Translations under genes and position numbers: made by a program
Notes under the pieces: generated by a model
The model's database searches: none
Seen by the model: only the letters and a program-made list of their open reading frames with translations
Told to the model about the DNA's origin: nothing
Shown: piece after piece, positions 11,960-22,490 of the stretch
Layout: every line of letters starts with the position of its first letter
Numbering within the stretch: the stretch's first letter is position 1
Source: Pavona decussata
Lineage: Eukaryota
NCBI GenBank assembly: GCA_977016875.1
Contig: CDRNST010000354.1
Location: 124,001 to 188,000, forward strand
DNA: 64,000 nt
Reading direction: 5' to 3'

Positions 11960-13736
11960 AAAACAGCAAAGTGATTCCTGTATTTAAAGGTGATGAACCC
12001 GATTTATTCACTAATTACAGACCAATCTCACTACTTCCTAATTTTTCGAAATTCTTCGAAAAGGTCATGCACAATCGACTGGTAGAATTCGCAAATAGCC
12101 ATGATATTTTTTACCAACTCCAGTTTGGTTTTCGTAAAAACCATTCCACTGCGCTGTCGCTAACTTACCTTGTTAATAAAATTGCAACGTCCATTGACCA
12201 AAATGAAATCACGGCGGGTGTTTTTCTTGACCTTTCTAAAGCGTTTGACACGCTAGACCACCAAATCTTATTTGACAAACTTGAACATTATGGTGTCTGT
12301 GGACTAGCATTGCAATGGATTAAAAGTTATTTCTCCAACCGTATCCAATTCGTCCAGATTAACGATACCCGTTCCTCCGCACAGATAATTAGGTGCGGTG
12401 TTCCACAGGGTTCCATATTAGGCCCTTTATTTTTCATATTATATATCAATGATCTTCCCAAAACAACCAGACTGGCAGAATGCCTGCTCTTTGCAGATGA
12501 TACTAGTATCTTTTACTCCAATTCAGACCCCGATCATGTTGCCTCTGTAATGAATAGTGAACTGACTAAGATTAGCTTATGGATGAAATCAAACAAGCTT
12601 TCTGTTAACATAAAGAAAACCAATTATGCTATATTTAAACCCAAACAAAAATCTGTCCACATGAGCTCCCAAATTTCACTTGACAGTATACCCCTCAAGC
12701 AAGTAACAGAAGTTAAGTTCTTAGGTATTTATATTGATGAAGGTCTCACCTGGAAATCGCATATCAGTTATATTTGCAAGAAAATCTCTAAGTCCGTTGG
12801 TATAATGTACAGTTTTCGTTTCCTTTTGTCATCAAACACTAAAAAATCTTTGTATTATACCTTAATTTATCCCTATTTAACTTATTGTACTACAGTTTGG
12901 TCTTCTACTTATGTAACAAACTTATGTAACAAAATTCTAATCACCTTGCACCTTCTGCACCTTTATTTGCACAAGGTTTAAGGTTAAGGTTTTTATTATC
13001 GGCACTATTTCAATGGCTTACAACAAAAGGAAATTACAATATATAAGAAAAGTAATATCAAGATAGCATTAAATTACATAAATGTGAAAAGTAAAACGTG
13101 CGCAGTGACCAAAGGAGCTTAGGCTTTCGAGTTGGTCACTGCCACGTGCAACTAACTGGCGTATAACGTGCAACTAAATAGCAAAAAAATTAAAGAATAA
13201 TAAAAGCACAATTGAATATCCTAGATATTTTTAAAGTAAATTCCCTTTATGTTGCAAAATTTATGTTTTCCTATCACCAACGTTTGCTGCCTTCGCCCTT
13301 TTTAAATTTATGTCCGACTGGTGGTCAAATTCATAATTATGATACTAGAACCTCAGCTCATTTTCGACCTCACACCTGCCGAACTAATATCAAGCAATTT
13401 ACTATACTCTATAGAGGGCCAAAAATATGGAATGCTTTGCCATTATCAATTACGTCTTCCCCTAGTATATCCACCTTCAAAAGAAAGCTTCTTGATTTCC
13501 TCAGTTAATTGCATGAAACGTCCGACTCTGTTATGTCTTTATAGTCTTACCACTGTATGTTAAAAAATCTAAATACAATGTCTTTACTGGTCTTACAGTC
13601 CTAACATATCTCCGAGGAGACCTCTCAGTATAAGCCCGGGGGTTTCTTGAGGTCTCCTCGCCACTTCTTCTTTTACTATTATTATTTACTCTAAACTTAT
13701 GTACGATACTAATCTATTATTCATTGTAACTTTCTA
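11960..13736 (+). mobile_element. 5'-truncated non-LTR retrotransposon (CR1/L2-group LINE), disrupted RT
   Basis: ORF 11971-12981 has NYRPISLL, QFGFR, FLDLSKAFD, GVPQGSILGP, LFADD and KFLG; the C-terminal part resumes at 13212-13508; 3' hairpin GAGGAGACCTC...GAGGTCTCCTC near 13614-13659. Confidence 0.95.
12975..13205 (-). mobile_element. 3' end of a second LINE inserted into the first
   Basis: TSD GCACAA (12969-12974, 13206-13211); AACCTT-type tail and AATAAA on minus strand; hairpin GCAGTGACCAA...TTGGTCACTGC; removal restores PLFAQLNILD. Confidence 0.8.
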
Positions 13737-13883
13737 NNNNNNNNNNNNNNNNNNNNNNNNNNNNNNNNNNNNNNNNNNNNNNNNNNNNNNNNNNNNNNNN
13801 NNNNNNNNNNNNNNNNNNNNNNNNNNNNNNNNNNNNNNNNNNNNNNNNNNNNNNNNNNNNNNNNNNNNNNNNNNNNNNNNNNN
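13737..13883. other. Assembly gap (147 N)
   Basis: Run of n. Confidence 1.
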
Positions 13884-14071
13884 CGAGTTAAAACGGGCAG
13901 CTTGACTAACCCTATTTTGAATTGTGCTTGAATATAGTCTCTTTTTTTGCTTGAAAATAGTCTTTTTCTACTTCGAAAAGAATTGTAAATAGGTTTTTTA
14001 AAAGAGCTATTAAAATAGCTCTTTAATTCTACTTTTAACTTGTAAATAACAATTTGCTTGGAATATTTCAG

Positions 14072-14176
14072 TTATTATTATTATTATTATTATTATTAAT
14101 ATTATTATTATTATCATCATCATCATCATTATCATCATCGTCATTATGACTATTATTATCATTATCATCATGATTA

Positions 14177-14223
<47 letters not shown>

Positions 14224-14244
14224 GTTATTGTTGTTATTATTGTT
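14072..14244. repeat. (TAT)n/(TCA)n compound microsatellite
   Basis: Directly visible. Confidence 0.95.
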
Positions 14245-14277
14245 ACGTAGTATTGATGTTAGAAGATAATAGTAAAC

Positions 14278-14487
14278 CTGGGGCCGGTTCTTCAAAAGCC
14301 GATTAACACTAATCCCCTATTGAAAGTTGATCGAGGTTTTCAATTTGCTCATCAAAAATGTCTTTAAAAGCTAATTTTAAGCTGATTGCTAAAAAACTGA
14401 AGGACTAAAGTTTTTTCGCAAAATATTCATTAATTAGTAATTAAACTCAATCAAAGTTCAGTTTAACCCAGGATCAACTGGCCTCTG
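14278..14487. mobile_element. MITE of the CWGGGCCCRGTTGTTCAAA family, degraded
   Basis: CTGGGGCCGGTTCTTCAAAA ... CAACTGGCCTCTG; related to elements at 35542 and 35965. Confidence 0.5.
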
Positions 14488-15749
14488 AGCCACAGTACAT
14501 TGTTTGTTTGTCCTAGATGGTTTAACCGGGGAGTCAGCTCAGATATAAGAAGTTCACTTTACACACACTCAGTTGTTCAAATGGTTGTGTTTTATTTCAA
14601 AGTTCACTCTACAGTTCAGCTTACAGAATTCTCTACCGGGTGAAGGACTTCTCGCGTTGCTTTTATGTTGGCCGGAATATTATTGACAACCTACTGCCAA
14701 ACACTCGTCAACTACTAATATAGGCTTACGTAAGAATCCCTATGATTGGTTGGTGTTTGAATTTGTAATAGGCACCTTCCCTTTATTTGATGAGGAATTC
14801 AAAATGTACCTTTCTTTCAAAGTTTTCGTAACGTTCTTCGAAATGTCCAACCAAAATAAAGCAACGGCAGAAATTTAAAAATTACAATGAACATTTGTAT
14901 CGATGAAAATTACACATTGACAATCGTAAGTTTGTTAAATAGTAAGTTGAAGTCTCAAGCAGTGTCCAGCGTACATATTCAGCAGTCAGTGCTATTTGAA
15001 CCCGGCTTTTCAAAAGTGAGAAGCCACTCAATTATTTCGGTAGTTTTTCAGCCAGCCGGAAAATCTGCGCTAATTTAACGTCACAAACGATTAACCTCAA
15101 ATTTTCTCAACGATGCACAAAATACAGATCCCACCACTGAAACTCTTTCCAGCAGAAACATCATCCACATAAATTCAAACTTGTTTAAAAATTTGTGAAT
15201 ATCAACCCCTGATTTTAGAATTTGGATATAAGGAATCTTAAAACCAACCTGTGTGTCGGCGAGTCCACTAAAATCAAATAATTTCAGTTTGTATGAGTTT
15301 AGTGGTTTGTTATTTTTTTACAACCGATTTCTAAAACCCGATAAAGTGATGTAAAATTCCGCAAAACGCAAAATAGCTGGCAAACGCAAACACAAACGCA
15401 AACCCACAGTTTGTACAAGTGCCACGGAAATCGTCTTTTCTCGCAGATTAAACAGAAAACATCGCAAACTAAAATTCTTCCACAAAAGTCGTTTATGGAT
15501 GTGAACTGTTTCTGCCGCTGAGTTAACTACAGTTTTTCTTCCATCGTATAACAAGGTGAAAATGTTTCGCGTGATGCGAGAAATAGATTTCAATTCGTTT
15601 TTATTAAAAGGGAGGTTACTCCATTACTGCATGCTCCCCCCTAGATCCTACTATCCACGCAAACTACGCTCCCTCATCACGCGTCGTTTTCCCGTACATA
15701 TTAGTACCATATGAAGTAATATTATCTGAAACTACGAATTTTCTTTTAG

Positions 15750-18700
15750 GTTCCAAACTTGTTGGACACGTCATAGAAACGCTGATTACTAAGACCGAAT
15801 TAAACTGTGGATTACGATGCCTGAGAAATGGCCTTTGCCACTCTTTCAACCGCCAGTCTGATCGTGCCCATGGCAACATGATAACACAAACAAGTCCAGA
15901 TAACTTGAGACGCAATTCAGGGATAACTTATTTCGGCACATTAAGTAAGGCTTAATGTCTAGAACTAAGACACAACACTGCTTGCAGAGTACGTCAAGTG
16001 CCAAGCCACTGTAACAAGAAGAAGCCTCGTTAACTTCATTCCTCGCTTTTCTTCTTTGGAACCGGCAGATCCGGTGGGATGGGGGATTTTAGATGGGAGT
16101 GGCCGGTAACTTTATTTCGAGATGAAAGACAGGGGATCATTCAATTAAGCTGGGACGAAGGGGGTATATCAGACTTGAAGCCATTTGTTTTCGTCTTGTG
16201 TAGCACGATGACGAATTTCATGCAGGTTATAGGCCATAACGCCTTCCATGGGAGTTCTGAACGTTTGCGTAAGTTGGAAGAAATAAGAAAGGATCACACT
16301 GACAAATTAATACTGCAAGCAAAAAAGCTTGCTGAAAAAAAAAAATTATTTCTGGTGACAGATTCAGTGTAAATCAATTTGCAAATTGAACTGTCTTGAT
16401 AACACTTATTGTAAATCTTTCATTCCCTTTCAAATGAAGGGATCTGGGGTTGCAATAAGGCTAAAGGCTCCATGCTTTCGAAAATACAGTTTAAACTTAT
16501 GTTTATCAGAGGATTAAAAGGTCACTTTAAACGACTTTTAACTCCAGTTTTCTTGCGTTTAATAGTGACATTACGACACGGGTTGTGCACAACTGTATGG
16601 AGGCAATGCACAACAATTGCGATGTTTAGTTTAAAAAGAAATACAAATTAACTTTGGCATATCTTCGAAATTCCACGATCCCGTTTTGTTTATCTTACAA
16701 AATATACAACGCCGTGTTTTGAGCAATGTTTGAGCAATTAGCAATGTAATGAAAACCTCAAATTTCAAAAGATTTTATTGTAATTAATCTTTTCTTTTTT
16801 GTACATTGTTATAAGAAATGATTGACAGTTCATAGTCACGTGATTTGGACCACATGCTTCCGCAAGCTAGCTAGGTTTCAGTTTTCATTACAATCTTGTA
16901 TGATTCTCGCGTAGTTATGGTGGTGGACGAACTCGAAATATTTGAAAATTGTACATAATTCAGTTGTACGACTGCAAGGTATGATGTCTAATAAAATATT
17001 TATTTATTTATCTGGAAATTCCACAAGGCATAATTTTACAATTAAATCAATGCGCCCGCAGAACGTAAATCTGAATCTATAACCAGTGTAACGTCTTTCA
17101 TCCGTAGGTTTTTTGTTCTCAAAACACTTTCGAGACTCAACAAGAAGACTACGATTGTCTGCCTGGATACAAGGGGCCAAAATGCCTGACACGTGAGTGA
17201 AAGTCAAATTCTGCCTGCCTGTGAACTTTTTTAAAAAAGGTGTAAGGGTTAAAACCCTTTCGTCTGTTTCAGTTACCAGAATCAGTTAATTTCGTTGGTT
17301 TGTATTTAGTTTGGGAAGTTTGGTCGGATAAAATCTGTGATTAACTCAGGGGGAACTCTAATCACCGTTTCTAAGAACGAGTGAGAGAAATGTAGTTTTG
17401 CCCACGTAACAGCCCTTTTCGGATGGCCTGTGTTTAGTCTGTGCACTGAAGATTCGGGTTTATTGCTTCAAATCCTGGACATTCATGTAAGCACATTCTC
17501 GACTCTGGAGATGCAAGAGGAGACGGGGACTACTGGATTGACCCAGAGAAGAATGGAAACCAATTAAAAGTTTACTGCGATATGACAACGGACGGAGGTT
17601 ATTATTCATTGCAAAATTACACCCAAGCATAAATGCGGTCCATTTTGCATGCGCACGATACAATTTGCATCTGGTGCGTCTTTGCCTGTATCTTGAGCAG
17701 GAATACCTTAAGTTCCGAAAACATCGACAGTCATGGACCCTTGATAGTTCGTGTTCAACTAACAGCCTTTACCCTCGCTTGTCGTATAAGTTCGCTACAA
17801 AAGAATTTACAATACAATACAATACAATACAATACAATGTCTATTATTTAAACACGATAACAGTTTAAGCTGTTGCTTGTGGGGTCTTGTTACAAAATTA
17901 AAAAGACCAAAAAACTAATTTACATTCGCTAAAAAATATCTAATTCAATTCAGACTAGTCGCGCTAAATCTGATCAGTTAATTATATGGGTATTTTCGGT
18001 AGTTTAATTGCAGTTCACCATATTCTCAAAGATAAGATAAGAAAACTTTATTATACCGCATTCAGGATGTCTCTGATAAAAAGAAAACAATGTCAAAATT
18101 ATCTGCAAGTAGATAAAAATATAAAATCCATCATACAGTTTTTCTTTCGTACTTCCTCGTCACAAGTTGAACTTGATATCATAATTTCCATGGGATAGGA
18201 ATGATAATTTGGAATAGTCTCTATTTTCGGATTTTAGTCACGATATCTTCTTTCCGGGAACGGGGCTGAGATGTTGTTGTTTGGAAAACGTTGTAGAAAT
18301 ATTTAATCAAGATTACTTTATTTGGTGAAGCTTTAATTGCTTTCTATCATCATCAGGGGGCTGGCTACTTGTGGCTAACTTGATTATGGACAGTCCTAAC
18401 CCTCCACCTGATTGGACTGCTGAGACAACATACCTCGGGATCAGCAACTATCGGAACAACCGAATGGGAATCACAAACACCGCCATGAATGAGCTCAGAA
18501 CACACTTGTCTTTCACCCAGCTGAGATTCCACTGCAGAAAACAACAGGGACGTACGTTCCACGTGACCGCGGTCCTTAACTTCACAGGTGAAGCTGTAGT
18601 CCGATACTTCAGCGGACAGACAAATGTCCTGCCTGCCTCTTGTGGCTCGTTTGTTAAAATGGAAGATGACACCTCTTATCTGGCGGATAAATGCAGCGCA

Positions 18701-18898
18701 TGGGGAAACGACGGAGCTTATTATGTGGGAAAATGGGGACACCACAACAAACAGGGAGGAAGGCGTCTGTACGACCAACCTGCATTTGTCGCTTATCTAC
18801 ATCACTGGAAAACCGTCAGTGTAATATGGCGATGTGATGACCGATCCAGTGATACTACATTTTCTAGAGGAGACTTTTGGAAAATTTTCGTGCGTTAA
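15750..18898 (+). pseudogene. PAN/Apple + fibrinogen-like (YCDM..GGGW) protein gene, probably damaged
   Basis: Exon 15750-15944 GSKLVGHVIE...CGLRCLRNGLCHSFN (PAN-like); exon 17438-17597 SVH*RFG...NPGHSCKHIL...YWIDP...VYCDMTTDG; exon 18357-18898 GGWLLVAN...QLRFHCRK...GDFWKIFVR*. The last two exons join in phase. In-frame TGA at 17447 if the 17437 acceptor is used. Confidence 0.7.
17808..18150 (-). mobile_element. LINE 3' end with (TTGTA)n tail
   Basis: (TACAA)n at 17808-17837 followed by LINE-like 3' UTR and degraded coding sequence. Confidence 0.5.
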
Positions 18899-19439
18899 AA
18901 ATGGCCGTTTTTAATTTACGACTGTAGATTGACCACTCTCAACTATGTGTCGAAAGTAATTCTTTTTGCTTTGATTTTTCTTCACAGCGCTTTGGGATTG
19001 ATCATGAAAAGTCGTAGCACTTTCTCAGCCAATTTTCGCCACACTTGTTTTAACGCGCTGGACACCAATTACTTGCTCATTAGGGTGGCTACTTTTGCTT
19101 TGATTTTACCAGTACTGGATACAAAACCCACACATGTACAAAAACAAGTAGTCAGAAGCAACGTGACACTCATCAATATATATTCAAGTGTCACATTTTA
19201 CTAAGAAGCTGGAATATGCGAATTCTTATATTGTAAGATCGATCCCTAGATCACACCCTTACGAGACCATCCTGAATTAAATTGAACATGAAAACTCTTG
19301 AGTAACTTAAATATTATCAGATACTTGCTTTGCTGTTTTCAACTTGAAATTCCTAAGAGTAATGGACCACAATACTGTTATACTGATCAGTGGAGGAGAT
19401 CCAAAGTTTCTCATTAGAACCACAACACACAGTGGCGTG

Positions 19440-19478
<39 letters not shown>

Positions 19479-19669
19479 TGTGCAAGAGTTTTGCTATTAT
19501 ATTTTATTTGGAGCATGCTGAAATGAACGAAATCACTGTGAAACTACTAAACGAGATAATGAAACATACTTTCAGGAACACAACTTACAGTTAAGCAATA
19601 AGATTTCGCTTCACCATGCAACATCAATAATTTCGATGGCATCGAAAATGGCGGAGGCTGACTAAGGTC

Positions 19670-21124
19670 TGTACAGGCCCGCAAATGATCCCGGCCCGCA
19701 AATGATCCCCGGACCGGAAATGATCCCCAAATTGAACTGAAATGATCCCCGGACGGGAAATGATCCCCATATTGGACCGCAAATGATCCCCAATCGTCTT
19801 ACCATAAATCTAGAATGGAATAGACTCAAATTTGGACAGTGGATTTAAACTTTATAGAATTCATTTTTTTTTAATACTGCACCAGTCGTTATATTTAACT
19901 ATCAGCATGCAAATTTCTCAACTTTAAAAATTATTATATAGCAGCACAGTACAACAGAGCAATTCAGCTATAAACTGTAACATACATGTATATGATTTAC
20001 TTATACCATTACAATGCCTAAAATGTGCAAGAACTGTACGAAACTCTTCCAAATTAAAGAGCGGGTCAGTTAAGACTTTCGCAAGGTTTTTTTTTTTTTT
20101 TTTTTTTTCAAAAAAGGAAGGAGAATCGGTCAATGCGCTTCAGATGGCGGTGAAATCTCACCCACTATCGTCGCCTTTGTTCTTAATCGGATCTTAGTTC
20201 TAAGCATAACGTTTAAGCCTCGGTCGTCCAATACGTTATCGTGTAATGTGTTGATTTTAATTTAGTCGTTCGTTTTCGTTTTGCCGCTAGTTGGAATCTC
20301 AGTCTTTTTTAATTAGTTTTTTTTTTTTTGCAAAACACACTTTCGTCGGTATAGACCTACAGAAGACCATTGTTCCCCTCCGCCATGGCGAGCCTCATGC
20401 CTTAGCAACCGATTTTGCCATCCAAATTTTTCGTCTATCGCTACAGGAGGCCAATTGTTTACGGGAGTGCTGTTGATAGTTTAAAACCACATTTTCCGTG
20501 CAATACGAGTCTCACCCGTTGTAAAAAGTTCACAGCAATCAAGATTCACTCACTGCGTGCAGTCGATTATTTCCGCTTCAGTCAAAAACCTCCGAACAAT
20601 TGAAAAATCCGGAGTAAAATAAAGTTATCCTCGATGTGCAGCGAGTATTAAACGGCCGAGTTCAAAATCTCCCTCTGAAGAAATTTCTATTAAATATATC
20701 ACAGTTAGCCGGCGTACGAAGCAAAGGCGACGAACCCAATTTACTTATTGTTCTCAGGAGACACACCTGATAGCCTGCGAACGTAGACGTATTTCCGGCT
20801 GTCGAGAGAATTCCGGTAGAGAGAATCTCGACAGCAGGTAATACGTTTGCGTTCGCAGGCTACACACCTGAGAGAACTGGCACGCATGTTCCAGTTTATA
20901 CAAAGTAAATTGTTCTGTTGCACTGAGCTGCTATATTATAATTTTTAAAGTTGTGAAATTTGCATGCAGATGTTATTAGGAAAAACATTAAGTAAATAAA
21001 ATTTAAATCCACTGTCCAAATTTGAGTCCATTCCATTTTCAATTTATGGTGAGGCAATCGGGGATTATTTGCGGTCCAATCTGGGGATCATTTCCCGTCC
21101 GGGGATCATTTGCGGGCCTGTACA
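19670..21124. mobile_element. Non-autonomous Ginger-like element (TGT...ACA termini, 4-bp TSD, long TIRs)
   Basis: TGTACAGGCCCGCAAATGATCCC / GGGATCATTTGCGGGCCTGTACA; TSD GGTC (19666-19669, 21125-21128); AAATGATCCCC subterminal repeats; TIR similarity extends more than 200 bp. Confidence 0.85.
20771..20862. mobile_element. 92-bp hairpin MITE with TAG termini and 9-bp TSD (AcademH-like)
   Basis: TAGCCTGCGAACG ... CGTTCGCAGGCTA; CACACCTGA on both flanks. Confidence 0.85.
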
Positions 21125-21159
21125 GGTCCTTTAAGTCGTTCGCTAGTATTGCTGCTCGT

Positions 21160-21442
21160 TTTTAGAACAACCTGCCTTCGGCAGCGCGCGAGGCTCCAAG
21201 CCTGCGTACTTTTAAAAACATTATCCGGAAATTGAACCTTAACCTTTTATCTACTGTTAGTTATGTATATATTTTGTTGAGGAGGTCAATCGCCTTATTT
21301 TAACGTATTTTACATTATTGTATGTAGTTTTATCTTATTTATGTTTAGGGCTGTTTAGTTGCACGAGCACTATTTGTAAACGAGCATTTTTGTGCTCCCT
21401 AGCGAATCGTAGATAACTGATTGATTGATTGATTGATTGATG
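21160..21442 (+). mobile_element. LINE 3' end with (GATT)n tail
   Basis: Reads NNLPSAAREAPSLRTFKNIIRKL (RT C-terminal-like), then AT-rich UTR and TGATTGATTG tail. Confidence 0.6.
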
Positions 21443-21957
21443 AGGGCGATTAAATTAATACAGTGCTTACCCAGTGCATGTCTGGTGCACACGTTGATAA
21501 TCTCTGAATAAGTAGCCATCGTCACCAAACAGTGGGTTTAATTGACAAAAGCAACTACTCTAGTCTGCACATGCGTATTAAATTTTGGTTAATCTCTTTG
21601 TCGTCTTGTGAAAAATTACCTAACAACGTGAAATAAAAATAGCAAACTTACTTGTCTTCAGGGGTAGGTTTCATGGCGTTTGCTCCAATACTAAAAACGT
21701 TATTTAGGTTCAAAGTTGCCACGGGCAGAATCCACCCAAATGTAAGGTTTTGTGGAGAACTAGCTAAAACTGCGGGCCCCAAAATTATATCGCGCACAAA
21801 ATATGTCACACCTTGCCGAAATTTACCGCCTGTTTCCTAGACGCAATACCGCGGAATTTGCCTTTCCTACATGTATATCCGTAGGTGTGTTCTTACGAAA
21901 TGTAAACTCTAGTATGAGTTAGGTATATATACAGGTGCTTCGTGTTGTATTGTTAAA

Positions 21958-22000
21958 CTCCCTGACGAAGTGTGCGTTAGTCACACGAAACGCGTAGGAG
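21958..22000 (+). ncRNA. Minimal type I hammerhead ribozyme (Penelope-like element pLTR type)
   Basis: Stem I CTCC/GGAG, core CTGACGA, stem II GTGTG/CACAC with 7-nt loop, GAAA, palindromic stem III (ACGCGT), cleavage triplet GTA at 21994-21996; TATATATA upstream and AATAAA just downstream. Confidence 0.85.
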
Positions 22001-22490
22001 AAATAAAGAAGTTATACAACTACAGTTCGCAGAGTGCTGCTCATTAGTTTTTATTAAATTGTTTACCTGGCAGTTCGAGTTTTGACTGCCAACTGGATTG
22101 TTTCACAGTAGCTCCCTCTTCGTAACTCTAAATTCCTTAAAAAGCCAATTGGCCTGTCTCGTGACAGTTACGCTTTGCTTGTCATGTTTAATTTGGGATC
22201 TACATTTATAATAATTTCGGCTTCAAACTGGCAGGCATAATAAAAGATTCACAAATAAATTCGCCAGTCTCTTTTCTGACCTTCCACTTAAAGATGTAAA
22301 GTTCCATTCAAAGGGTGTGATGAACATCTTCTAAGTTTAGTTTTCATTTTGCTCAAGGTCAGCTCTTTAAGGTTTCCATCAAATTCCAGTCAAACGACGT
22401 CCCTTGCCAACTGATTTTCAGACCCGCCGATGTAGTGGCGAGGCATTTTGATCGTTGCTTGTTCTGTTCTGTCTCCATTTTACAAAAGTA

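Larger units (their letters stand above)
19444..21130. mobile_element. TTAA-flanked Kolobok-type MITE (about 230 bp) split by a 1.45-kb insertion
   Basis: TTAA|AGGGCCCTAGTCAGCC ... GGCTGACTAAGGTC[insert]CT|TTAA; intact inverted copy at 30015-30243. Confidence 0.85.

Noticed and set aside
13699-13905. ORF with X run
   Set aside because: Artifact of the assembly gap.
14068-14295. Asn/Asp-rich ORF
   Set aside because: Translation of a microsatellite.
19680-19795. CRISPR-like or iteron array (AAATGATCCCC)
   Set aside because: These are subterminal repeats mirrored at the other end of the TIR element.
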